DNA of 42,325 bases from a virus (IMGVR_UViG_3300045911_000095:1-42325), one strand, 5' to 3'; counted from the first letter of the stretch, positions 15,884-24,283 are shown. The notes: generated by a model from the sequence alone, not told the origin. Translations and numbers: made by a program.

Positions 15884-17928
15884 ACCCGCACCATTGGACT
15901 TTTCAGGTGAGCCTCAACTTTCTTGCGATCTCTACAAGCGCGCCAGTAGTCGATGTTCCTAACCGCGAAGAACCGTTCCATGCGTCCACTCGGGCCTTGC
16001 AAGGGCTGACCCCCGTACGCCTGCGGCAGACCCGCGTTGCCAAGCTGTCGCCCAAGACCGACAGCGGTGAGCCGCGTATCCGGATGATCACGCCGGAACA
16101 ACTCTAAAAGTTCTCGGCTGCTGAACAGATCTCGCGTATGGCGCATTTCACCTACGCGCAGAATCTGGTCGGGGAACATGATCAATTCCTGTACCCATGC
16201 GCTCGCTTCGCCCTTCGTGGCGGTGATCATTCGGTCCTTGGCCAAAGTGCGCGGAGCGGGCGCGCTCGGGTTGAAGTCTTCTGATATTTTGCGCCGCAGC
16301 AGCCAGTCCATCAAGTGAGAGGCCCCTTGACCTTTGTACCATTGGTCATAATCACGATAGAAGCTCTGAGGCAGCGGGTCGCCAGTCACTTCATTCACTA
16401 AAAATCGACGATCACGATCTTCCAGAAAGAAACTATCGCCGTGCTGCGAGGTGAACATGAAGTTCATCGCGTTCGGCAGTGAATATTGCGGAATATACTT
16501 GATGTTGATATCAACGACAGACTTGGTAATCAGGCGCTTGAGAACGTTCATGTAGGCGCGATTGTCTTTGCCGGTTATTTCATCGCCAAGAATGAACTGC
16601 TTGTTCTCTGCCCAGTACGACTCTTCAAGGTCGTCGTCAGCAATTTCCTTGAAATTCTCACCATATATCCTGCCGAGCGTGTAGCCGATCAGAGTCTTGC
16701 CGGTACCTTGCGCCAAGCCATGAATGACGACGGCCACGAACATCTTCGCTCCAGGATTCTGGATCGGATAAGCGCACCAGTCGTAGAAGTAATCCAGAAT
16801 TCCAGGCTCTGCGTCAGCGAAGATGAACTTGGTCAAATCCAGCCACGGCTTCACCGAACCTTTCTTCGGCGTTACGCCCCATCCCGGCCACTGATTGAAT
16901 TTCCGATCTTCTGTGAACCTTGGTTGTCCGGGCGCATAGGTCAGGCTCGCCACGCTTCGCCGTAGCGGCCAGCGCAGCCAGACGGGCGCGGCTGGAACTT
17001 TCTCACGAATGATCTCACCTTTGGCCGACACCCGAGTCTGCGTCGCGCTCGCAGTAGCCCATTTGCTGTGACCCTTGAATTGCTCAGCGCCGAGCTTCTG
17101 AAGCGTTTTCTCGACGATTATTAGTCCGGGATCTTCGGCATAGACCACTTCTTCATTTATCTTCCATAGGCTGCGCGTCAATCCAACCGGCTCAGCCCGC
17201 GCAAGAAGATCTTTCAATTCGTCGGGGCCAAACTCCAGCAGAAAGTCATCCAGCCCCATCTTGGTTTCGCTTTCAGGAAGCGTAACAATCTTGACCAGCG
17301 CGCCTCGCTCTTGAAGTTCTTCCGTCAGCGCGTTTATGGCAAGGCAGATATTAGGCTTGTCAAGATAGTCATTGTCGTAACAGATGAAGACATTACGGCG
17401 CGGCCACTTGATTTTCTCAAGTTCAGGAAGAAACCAAATGCCTTCTTTGCCAGAGCGAAAGTTCCAGACCCCTCCAAGCCCAATAGTGGGAAAGCCTGCT
17501 CGACAAGCGGCGGCAGCTTTGAGCTCTCCTTCTGTTATTATCACATCATATTCATCGTCTTTGGCAATCTTTTTCCAGTCAGTAGTCTTCGGAAAGTACG
17601 CACAAACTCCGGTCTTGGGCGGCTGCGCATATCTCTGCTCTTTCTCACCTGCAACTATCTTGAAGTCAATGGGTGTCTTGTCAAGATAGCGAATGCGAAA
17701 GAACTCAGGCCAGTTAGGATGACTGCGCAGCGGCTTCTTGTCGATGTCGTAGTACGGAATGACCAGAGCAGGGCGCGCATCGAATGATTTATCCAAGATA
17801 GCTGCACTTGGAACTTCATACATTCCCAGCTCTGATCCTTCCGCACTTGTTATGCCGCTTGATAGAAGTTTTTCTTTCCCAAGGCTTGTCCAAGTGTGCG
17901 TCATTATTTTGCTTCCATCCACAGACAT
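15880..17928 (-). CDS. Primase-helicase (DUF3854-type TOPRIM + SF3-like P-loop)
   Basis: RYAQP, IITEGELKA, GLGGVW, ICYDND, GLDD; GLAQGTGKT, LGDE, DRRF; start at 17928 or 17904. Confidence 0.88.
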   Translation of the reverse strand: MSVDGSKIMTHTWTSLGKEKLLSSGITSAEGSELGMYEVPSAAILDKSFDARPALVIPYYDIDKKPLRSHPNWPEFFRIRYLDKTPIDFKIVAGEKEQRYAQPPKTGVCAYFPKTTDWKKIAKDDEYDVIITEGELKAAAACRAGFPTIGLGGVWNFRSGKEGIWFLPELEKIKWPRRNVFICYDNDYLDKPNICLAINALTEELQERGALVKIVTLPESETKMGLDDFLLEFGPDELKDLLARAEPVGLTRSLWKINEEVVYAEDPGLIIVEKTLQKLGAEQFKGHSKWATASATQTRVSAKGEIIREKVPAAPVWLRWPLRRSVASLTYAPGQPRFTEDRKFNQWPGWGVTPKKGSVKPWLDLTKFIFADAEPGILDYFYDWCAYPIQNPGAKMFVAVVIHGLAQGTGKTLIGYTLGRIYGENFKEIADDDLEESYWAENKQFILGDEITGKDNRAYMNVLKRLITKSVVDINIKYIPQYSLPNAMNFMFTSQHGDSFFLEDRDRRFLVNEVTGDPLPQSFYRDYDQWYKGQGASHLMDWLLRRKISEDFNPSAPAPRTLAKDRMITATKGEASAWVQELIMFPDQILRVGEMRHTRDLFSSRELLELFRRDHPDTRLTAVGLGRQLGNAGLPQAYGGQPLQGPSGRMERFFAVRNIDYWRACRDRKKVEAHLKSPMVRV

Positions 17929-17961
17929 AACGCGCCCCATGTAAGGAGCGCGCAGGGAGCC

Positions 17962-17992
17962 TAGCATAGCAGCGGGCAAGGGCGGGGCGCAA
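17962..17992 (-). promoter_or_regulatory. sigma70-type promoter for the primase operon
   Basis: TTGCGC-18nt-TATGCT with a GC prefix on the -10. Confidence 0.5.
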
Positions 17993-18064
17993 GCCTAGCG
18001 GCCCTAACGCCCCATAGGGGCCGCTCAGGAGGCCTCTCAGACGCGTAGGCGCGGCGCTGGCACC

Positions 18065-18367
18065 CTATGGGGCCGCAAAGGGCACCCCAAGCTCGTCGAC
18101 GGCTATATAGGCGGGGTTAGCTACGAGATGCGTACCGTAGTCACCTTCGGGCGCGGCGCTCTGTATGTATTCAAAGCAATTGTGCTCTTCACACCATTCG
18201 ACACGCATCAGAATCCAGATACCGCTGTGCGGGTTGAAAGTTGCTCCGATGTAGGGTTGGCCTAGATGAACAACGTATTTTCCTTCAGAAACTTTCTGCC
18301 ACTTCAAGCGACGCGCATCTTCAAGACTGCGATAGTACACTTCCGCGGGTTGAGGAATTTCAGCCAT
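18065..18367 (-). CDS. Hypothetical protein
   Basis: 100 aa ORF overlapping the stop of the upstream small gene. Confidence 0.55.
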   Translation of the reverse strand: MAEIPQPAEVYYRSLEDARRLKWQKVSEGKYVVHLGQPYIGATFNPHSGIWILMRVEWCEEHNCFEYIQSAAPEGDYGTHLVANPAYIAVDELGVPFAAP

Positions 18368-18476
18368 AGCAGGTTCTCAGAAGAAATACAGTCACTACCA
18401 CTATCGCGATCCAAGACAGAATGTCTAAAATGATCACTAACGCGCATCCCTTGCGGTTGAAAGGTTCGTCGTCCAT
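18360..18476 (-). CDS. Small single-TM protein (38 aa)
   Basis: AGGAG RBS; MDDEPFNRKGCALVIILDILSWIAIVVVTVFLLRTCYG. Confidence 0.55.
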   Translation of the reverse strand: MDDEPFNRKGCALVIILDILSWIAIVVVTVFLLRTCYG

Positions 18477-18486
18477 TGGTTATCTC

Positions 18487-18963
18487 CTACGCTTTGGCCC
18501 AGTGAGGGACAGGTCTGTTTGTCCAGACTTTGGGAAGTTTGTCGGTAGCCCATCGATACAGAAGATACTGACGATAGGCTTGCACTATCGGCAAATGGGA
18601 AAAGTCCACTTCTCCATTGCGAGCGCTGTTCTGCCAGTCAGATGGAAATTCCGCACTTTTGAAGTGCGGCGCTATGTCGCGCAGCACAGCTTCGGTTGCG
18701 TGGACGCGCCCCCGCGCCGCCGTATAAACGTCGCAGAGCGCTATTCCGTGACGGTGTGCCCAAGCCCCGTTAGCGGGCGCGCGCGCTATCCAGAGAGTAA
18801 CAGGGTGGCGCTGGTGGGTCGGCTTATATGGGGCGGCTATGCCGCGCCCATGTAGGGCGCAGCACAGCATCTGAGCAGTTTCAAGAATCATCTTGTTCAC
18901 GCGCTTGTCGTCCAGGTTACGCGCAGCTTCGCAGGGATCCAAGTCGGTCACAAACAGATTCAC
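18487..18963 (-). CDS. Pyrimidine dimer DNA glycosylase / endonuclease V (DenV-like) family protein
   Basis: MNLF..D.DP..AA..LDDKRVNKMILETAQML, YKPTH..HP..LW, AYRQY..KWT.R..P.W. Confidence 0.8.
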   Translation of the reverse strand: MNLFVTDLDPCEAARNLDDKRVNKMILETAQMLCCALHGRGIAAPYKPTHQRHPVTLWIARAPANGAWAHRHGIALCDVYTAARGRVHATEAVLRDIAPHFKSAEFPSDWQNSARNGEVDFSHLPIVQAYRQYLLYRWATDKLPKVWTNRPVPHWAKA

Positions 18964-19084
18964 GACGCTGCTCCTTTCTACGCTCCATGAACCATTCCAG
19001 ACACTCTTGCGCTTCAGCGCGCCGCTTTTCGGCGGCGCACTTAATTGCCAGTTTCCGGGTTCTTTCCAAGTGCCCGTCGGTCAC
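18917..19084 (-). CDS. Possible small hypothetical protein (55 aa)
   Basis: GTG overlaps the upstream stop (GTGA); charged helical sequence MTDGHLERTRKLAIKCAAEKRR... Confidence 0.35.
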   Translation of the reverse strand: MTDGHLERTRKLAIKCAAEKRRAEAQECLEWFMERRKEQRRESVCDRLGSLRSCA

Positions 19085-19419
19085 TTGTCCATCTCCAGCG
19101 CGATCATGGTGATAATCACCTGCTCAAGGCTTTTGATCTCTGCCCGAAGGTTGGCCATCACCATGACCAGCAGCAAGCGGCCTATGTCTGGATCATTCAG
19201 GATAGCCGCCTTCTCGTTGACTTCTTCGAGCATTTTCTCGACCGTGCTGGTGCCCATGGACACCACGATCTCTGCGATGGCTTCGGCGTCGTGCGACTTG
19301 ATGGGGTGTTCAAGAAACGGATACGTCTGCGCCATTTCCTTATAGCGCTTGAAGTTCTCTTCGCGATTGAAGTGCGAATTTTCGACAGCCAGCAGACCGA
19401 TGTTCTTCATTTCTTTCAT
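19081..19419 (-). CDS. Hypothetical protein
   Basis: AGGA RBS before MKEMKNIG; phage-like codon usage. Confidence 0.6.
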   Translation of the reverse strand: MKEMKNIGLLAVENSHFNREENFKRYKEMAQTYPFLEHPIKSHDAEAIAEIVVSMGTSTVEKMLEEVNEKAAILNDPDIGRLLLVMVMANLRAEIKSLEQVIITMIALEMDK

Positions 19420-19536
19420 ACTACTTTCCTTTCTCACACGCCCGAATCTTTAAGATTTCCTGCGTAGGTTCGGGCAACGTCTCGCGCAAGATGTTTGGTC
19501 GGTTGGAAGGGGAGCTTTATCGCCTCTTCCCCCAAT

Positions 19537-19566
19537 AGTATAAGCGGCAACCAACCAGACGCGCAA
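19537..19566 (-). promoter_or_regulatory. sigma70-type promoter
   Basis: TTGCGC-18nt-TATACT in an intergenic gap. Confidence 0.5.
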
Positions 19567-19606
19567 CGCCTCACGCGCCAGCGCACCCGCTTATGTCTCT
19601 TTTGCA

Positions 19607-20458
19607 CTACAGCACCTCCTCGAGCTCTACGATTGCATTGCCTGCCGCGCGGTTAATTTGCCCCTTGGCGTATTCCAACGCATCGGAGACGGTGTAGCAG
19701 GCGTCTCCACTACTACCGATGCCGCCAATGTAAAGCGCCCCCGCAGTAGGGTTCACCATGTCGGTCTCGTAGACAAGCGACAACGAACGTCCGTAACCGC
19801 TGTCATACGGCTGGCGGGTACGTTCCAAAGCCGCGAACATCAAGCGGCGCAGCATCGCCGGATGCGACAAGCTGAACGCAAGAGTGCTAATGTCCAGAGC
19901 ATCTTCAGCGCGCTTGAGGCCGACGCTGAGACAAGTTCTCGCCGTATAAGTCTGAGTGGCCCACATAGCTTGAACTTCAACCCGAATCCCTTTGCTCTCG
20001 AGTCTGTCGATCAGGCTGACCATCGCCGCCCCGTAGTTCCACATGGAACGCGCCTTTACGTTACAGTTCGCGCCGATGCTGACGACAATGGACATCGTAG
20101 GTTTGGGTTTGCGCGCCGCGCCCCTGCGAATCATACTGCGCATATCGCCCGCAAGATATCGCTGAATGTCAGGGCGCTCACCCGCAAAGTCCGGCTTCTC
20201 CACGAAGCGGTTCGCGTTAGGAACGGGTTGCGCAAGGGCCGCAATCTTCTGAACCCCTTCTTCCCAACCGTCGTGGAGCATCCTGACCGCTTCGTCATAG
20301 TGAACGTTCAATGTCCAAGAGTGGTCGGGGTTAGCCGTTCGGCTTGCGAGTTTTTGACTCGGCCAGACAGCAGGCGTCGTTTCCAAATGGTGAAGAAGAT
20401 CATGCGTGTCGGCATACTGCACCTTGATAAGTTCCTTGGCGTAGCTCTCAATAGGCAT
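19607..20458 (-). CDS. VWA-like partner of the MoxR-type AAA ATPase
   Basis: G..PDI.RYLAG...M, degenerate MIDAS strand, LE..GIRVEV, HPAMLRR, GYG; directly downstream of the AAA gene; GGGGAG RBS. Confidence 0.65.
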   Translation of the reverse strand: MPIESYAKELIKVQYADTHDLLHHLETTPAVWPSQKLASRTANPDHSWTLNVHYDEAVRMLHDGWEEGVQKIAALAQPVPNANRFVEKPDFAGERPDIQRYLAGDMRSMIRRGAARKPKPTMSIVVSIGANCNVKARSMWNYGAAMVSLIDRLESKGIRVEVQAMWATQTYTARTCLSVGLKRAEDALDISTLAFSLSHPAMLRRLMFAALERTRQPYDSGYGRSLSLVYETDMVNPTAGALYIGGIGSSGDACYTVSDALEYAKGQINRAAGNAIVELEEVL

Positions 20459-21521
20459 TGTAAGTCTCCCCAAGTCGCGCCGCCACGCGCGCTCTGTTGG
20501 CAGCATCCAGACCCTTCCAGATGCAGGCTTCTTCTACGGTCACACGATCCATGCCAGCGGCCAACATTCGTGCTCCCATGATGCTGGCGCGCGGACTGAC
20601 TATGTGGCGCACCTTTTCCACAGCAATCGCGTTGCGCACCTTCTGAACACGACGACACCATTCGGGGTCGCCACTGATCTCCAGTTCCAACTGTTCGTCG
20701 TAGTCCACTTCCAGAACCACGAACCGATCGAGTGTTGCGGCGTCCAGCTGATTGCGGCCGACATACTGACGGTCAGCGCCGCGCCCGAACGTATTGCAAG
20801 CGGCGATGGCATAGAAGTCCTTGTGTCGCTTGACCAGCTTGTCCGGAAACGCGCAGCTTCCGTTGGACAGCGCCGCATTAAATGCCGTCAGGGCGTCGGC
20901 GTCGCTGGCGTCCATCTCGTCGAACAGGAACACGCCCCCGTTCTCATAGGCTTCACGGAATTGCGTACGAACGACCCTACTCGTCGCGTCCAGGAATCCG
21001 AGCAGCTTGTATTCGCTCGTGACGCGGGCTTCCATGTAGAAGTTCAGCTTCAGCAACTCAGCCACTTGTTCAGCCAGCGTCGTCTTGCCCGAACCCGCAG
21101 GGCCGACCAGCATGGGCGAAGCTCCTGCCACGACCGTCGTGAGAACAGGTTCCAGCATTCGATGCGCCCTGTCCACCTTCACGTTCGGTGCATTGCCGAT
21201 CTTGATCTCAGCCACGCGACTCAACTGCGCCACGCGCTCGTCCACCAGTTCAGGAATCAGTGTACTCATGCGCTTGGCAATGGCTTCCACGGCGGTTTCC
21301 ACCGTTTCCTCGGAAACTTCGCGCTTGACATCTCCGTCAAAGCCTCCGGGGTTTGTGAACTGCTTGATCAGGCGATCTTTGTCCTTGGCACAGTCGCGGT
21401 GAACCGGCTTCGGAAGGTCATTGACGATCACGAGAATGCCTTTTTTCGCAGCGACTCTATGCCCACAGACGCGGCAAGTGCCCGCGTACATATTCACTGT
21501 ATCGGTGACGATAATTTCCAT
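20448..21521 (-). CDS. MoxR/CbbQ/CobS-like AAA+ ATPase
   Basis: LVGPAGSGKTT, FLFDEMD, AACNTFG.GA..YVGRNQLDAATLDRF, SPRAS. Confidence 0.9.
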   Translation of the reverse strand: MEIIVTDTVNMYAGTCRVCGHRVAAKKGILVIVNDLPKPVHRDCAKDKDRLIKQFTNPGGFDGDVKREVSEETVETAVEAIAKRMSTLIPELVDERVAQLSRVAEIKIGNAPNVKVDRAHRMLEPVLTTVVAGASPMLVGPAGSGKTTLAEQVAELLKLNFYMEARVTSEYKLLGFLDATSRVVRTQFREAYENGGVFLFDEMDASDADALTAFNAALSNGSCAFPDKLVKRHKDFYAIAACNTFGRGADRQYVGRNQLDAATLDRFVVLEVDYDEQLELEISGDPEWCRRVQKVRNAIAVEKVRHIVSPRASIMGARMLAAGMDRVTVEEACIWKGLDAANRARVAARLGETYNAY

Positions 21522-21533
21522 TTACTTTCTCCT

Positions 21534-21929
21534 TCAGATGAAACGAATGTAGTTCTGTTTGTCGGCCAGCCACTTCCAGTCGATAGACCGTTCGCGGTAT
21601 TGCGGATAGTTGTCGAGAAGCCACCGTTCAGCTTCGAGAGTATTGGTGTTCGTAATGGCAGCAGTGACCATCACGGCTGTCCAAGTTCCCGAACGATGAC
21701 GGCGATCGGCCGAATAATCGACGATCTCGTAGGTTGCGCCGCGCCGCTTGGTTCTGCGCCTAGGCGCGGGCGCGGGCGCGGGCGTAGGGGTCGGAGTGAG
21801 ATACTGAAAGCGCGGCGAATCGTTAGGTAAGCGCTCCTTCGGCGCGCGAGTTTCGACCTTGTCGGTCGACTGGAGTAGTTCAAGTAGAACCTTCACTTCT
21901 CCAGGATCAATGAATTTGGTTACTTCCAC
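21534..21929 (-). CDS. Hypothetical protein; paralogous C-terminal domain
   Basis: AAGGAG RBS, GTG start; PTPAPAPAP linker then RSGTWT..MV...IDWKWLADKQNYI. Confidence 0.7.
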   Translation of the reverse strand: MEVTKFIDPGEVKVLLELLQSTDKVETRAPKERLPNDSPRFQYLTPTPTPAPAPAPRRRTKRRGATYEIVDYSADRRHRSGTWTAVMVTAAITNTNTLEAERWLLDNYPQYRERSIDWKWLADKQNYIRFI

Positions 21930-21967
21930 ACAGTTTCTCCTTGTATTACGCTACTTCAATGATTGAC

Positions 21968-22585
21968 TCAATTTTTATTGATGAAATCTCCCCACTGCCT
22001 GGCCATCGCATCGGCGATTCCTTGGTATGTTTTGGAGCGCAGCTTCCAGCGATCAGCGGACGGACCCAAGTAATGAAGACGCTGGCGTTGATTGTCGGGG
22101 AGCGATTTCGTTTCCGCCTTCAGGTCGCTCGTCGGCTTCAGCGGGGGTAAACCCCGCAGCCACAAGCACGTCGCTTTTTGCTCCAAATGCCCGAACTGAT
22201 AGGGCTGGATTGTCTGCGCTTGCTGTAGACCACCGATGCGTTCCTTGGCGTATTTGTGCATGATTGGATTCTCGATGGCGACCGCCTTGATGGGCGCATC
22301 CCAAAGCGCGCGGAAAAACGCGGCGGCTTCGTCCAACTTTGCCCATCTGGTCGGGTCTTTATGCAAATGGCACACGCCGCTGTTTGTCATGTATGTGCAT
22401 GGCGGGTGGGCGATCATAATATCCCAATCGCCACGATAGGCGATTTCCAGCGCGTCGCCTTGTATATGCCAGCGCGGGTCACCATCAGTCGGCAACAGGT
22501 CGCACGACCACGCATCAAACCCACGGGCACGGAACGCATCTCTGACAGTGGCGCTGTATTCACAGGCAACCAGAATGCGTTTCAT
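21968..22585 (-). CDS. Phage C5-cytosine DNA methyltransferase-like protein
   Basis: LVACEYS, WSCD, AHPPCT (catalytic PC), IENP, QP.QFGH, K.TCLW, RSKTY.GIA.AMA.QWG. Confidence 0.75.
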   Translation of the reverse strand: MKRILVACEYSATVRDAFRARGFDAWSCDLLPTDGDPRWHIQGDALEIAYRGDWDIMIAHPPCTYMTNSGVCHLHKDPTRWAKLDEAAAFFRALWDAPIKAVAIENPIMHKYAKERIGGLQQAQTIQPYQFGHLEQKATCLWLRGLPPLKPTSDLKAETKSLPDNQRQRLHYLGPSADRWKLRSKTYQGIADAMARQWGDFINKN

Positions 22586-22604
22586 CGCTTGTATCCTTTC
22601 AAAT

Positions 22605-22661
22605 TATAACGGGGGTGAGGCAACCCGCCCCCGTTATAGTGCCAATTTTGCCGAGCCGCTA
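22605..22661 (-). promoter_or_regulatory. Putative promoter whose -10 lies in an 11-bp inverted repeat
   Basis: TATAACGGGGG...CCCCCGTTATA (22605-22638); minus strand TAGCGG-17nt-TATAAC. Confidence 0.4.
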
Positions 22662-22883
22662 GGGCAGCGGGCGCGGGTTATCGACGATATCCAGAATGAC
22701 GTCGGTGTAGCCCAGAATTCCGTTCCATGTGAGATACACGTCCAGAATTTCGCGGCGCGTCATGAGCAGAGCCATCTTGTGGCCGATGCCGTTCTCGCTC
22801 AGTGCCTCAGCCACTGGCGGAATGTATCCTGCCGCGATGAGTTCGTTGTAGAGATCTTGTGCTACTTCACCTTGTTCGATCAT
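22659..22883 (-). CDS. Hypothetical early protein
   Basis: TAAGGAG RBS before MIEQGE. Confidence 0.6.
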   Translation of the reverse strand: MIEQGEVAQDLYNELIAAGYIPPVAEALSENGIGHKMALLMTRREILDVYLTWNGILGYTDVILDIVDNPRPLP

Positions 22884-22896
22884 GTTATGTTGCTCC

Positions 22897-23193
22897 TTAG
22901 CTAATGGCTTGACTGATGAACTCGACAGTCTCTTCGTAGTCGCTGCGAATGGCAGGCGGAACCGGCCAACGTTCAATCAGCCGAGCCATCGGGTTCGTCC
23001 AGCCGAGCTTCGCGGCAATGGCTTGCTGCATCTCGCCACTGGCGGCTTCCCAGTGAACAGCGGAACGACGCAGAGCATCGGCGTTAGCCGTTCGTGCCGC
23101 AATGTTGTCAGCCACCAGTTGATTCACCCATGCCAGCGTGGCAGGGCAGTCCATGCCGATAGTGGCAACGATGATTTCACGATAAAGTTCCAT
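22897..23193 (-). CDS. Hypothetical early protein
   Basis: AAGGAG RBS within the repeated leader. Confidence 0.65.
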   Translation of the reverse strand: MELYREIIVATIGMDCPATLAWVNQLVADNIAARTANADALRRSAVHWEAASGEMQQAIAAKLGWTNPMARLIERWPVPPAIRSDYEETVEFISQAIS

Positions 23194-23197
23194 ATTT

Positions 23198-23624
23198 GTG
23201 TTACTCCTTGTGATAGGGCATGAGCGCCCATCGTTGTCCCCTGCCGGTTAGGGCAGGGGACTCGGGGGAACTCTAGTCCATGCGGCTCACTTCAAACGAA
23301 CCGTCCGGCTGAACTACGCAGACGATCGCGTAGGCGTGAACAGTGACGAGTTCATCGCCGATGCGAACGCTTGCCAGCGTCGGCAGAGCGGGGTCGCCCG
23401 GATACTTCAGCGCTCCGGTCGAAGGGTTGCGTTTCCACTTGCCCTTGCCATAGGGCGACCAGCCGCCTCCATGCGCGTAACGCTCTTGAACTTGTTCCGC
23501 CACGGGGCGGTCGTCCAGTGAGCGAGGCAGAATGATGAACGGTATCGCACCGAGATGGTCGAGAGTGCCCCCGCTGTACATATTCCATACGCCTTCCATT
23601 TCGTGTTACTCCTTGTGATAGGGC
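23198..23624 (-). repeat. 22-bp direct repeat (GCCCTATCACAAGGAGTAACAC) in two structured leaders
   Basis: Identical copies at 23198-23219 and 23603-23624, each containing the RBS and preceded by similar hairpins. Confidence 0.9.
23273..23599 (-). CDS. Hypothetical early protein
   Basis: AAGGAG RBS; YAHGGGW, YPGDP, SFEVSRMD. Confidence 0.7.
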   Translation of the reverse strand: MEGVWNMYSGGTLDHLGAIPFIILPRSLDDRPVAEQVQERYAHGGGWSPYGKGKWKRNPSTGALKYPGDPALPTLASVRIGDELVTVHAYAIVCVVQPDGSFEVSRMD

Positions 23625-23720
23625 GACATTGCCCATCCTCGCCCCCGCCAGCCAGGCTGGCAGGGGTCCGGGGGGAAATGTTGCCCCTGCCAGCGGGCTA
23701 GGCTGGCAGGGGCGCATTGG

Positions 23721-24206
23721 TTAGTTCAGGAACTGGATGAAGCCCTTCTTGGCGGCCCAGTTGAAATCCAGCGGCTTGGGGTTGCCGTTGGGGAACCTGT
23801 AGCTACGTTCACGTTCGGCGCGCGTAGCTTCGGTTGCCTTGGCCGTGGAAGTGTGCCGCAGGATCTGCTCCACCATGTAGGTCGTCCAGGTGCCCGGCCG
23901 AACCTTCGTTTCGGCGAAGGTCATGAGAGCCTTGTACTTGCGGTCCCCGTTGGGGGCAGGCTTGGCCGGTTTGGCCGGTTGCGCCTTGCCCTTGGCCGGT
24001 TGCGCCTTGCCCTTGGCCGGTTGCGCCTTGCCCTTGGCGTCGGCGACAGCCTTGGCCGAATTGGGCGCGTTCTTGGCGGTCACGCCGGTTGCCAGCTTGG
24101 GGCGCGGCTTGGGAGCGACACCCGTAAGGGTGATCTTCCTGACCGTACGCTTGCCGTTGGCGTCCGTGGTGACTTCCAGGGCGGTGGACGTGGTAGCATT
24201 TTCCAT
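23721..24206 (-). CDS. Basic early protein; K/A/P repeat linker + paralogous C-terminal domain
   Basis: AAGGAG RBS before MENATT; (AKGKAQP)x3; RPGTWT.YMV...LDFNWAAKKGFI. Confidence 0.75.
   Translation of the reverse strand: MENATTSTALEVTTDANGKRTVRKITLTGVAPKPRPKLATGVTAKNAPNSAKAVADAKGKAQPAKGKAQPAKGKAQPAKPAKPAPNGDRKYKALMTFAETKVRPGTWTTYMVEQILRHTSTAKATEATRAERERSYRFPNGNPKPLDFNWAAKKGFIQFLN
23971..24033. repeat. 21-bp tandem repeat x3 (coding AKGKAQP)
   Basis: TTGGCCGGTTGCGCCTTGCCC repeated three times. Confidence 0.9.
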
Positions 24207-24242
24207 GTTAGTTCTCCTTGCATATGCAAAGCACACCATGCG

Positions 24243-24283
24243 CCTTGCCCTATGCCCCCGTGGCGCAGGGGCATAGGGCAAGG
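24243..24283. repeat. Perfect 16-bp inverted repeat
   Basis: CCTTGCCCTATGCCCC-9nt-GGGGCATAGGGCAAGG. Confidence 0.9.

Noticed and set aside
13932-21830. Long + strand ORFs 13932..15080, 19658..20581 and 20604..21830
   Set aside because: Antisense shadows of well-supported minus-strand genes
23198-23624. 22-bp repeat as a phage RNA polymerase promoter
   Set aside because: No RNA polymerase gene; only two copies, both containing the RBS
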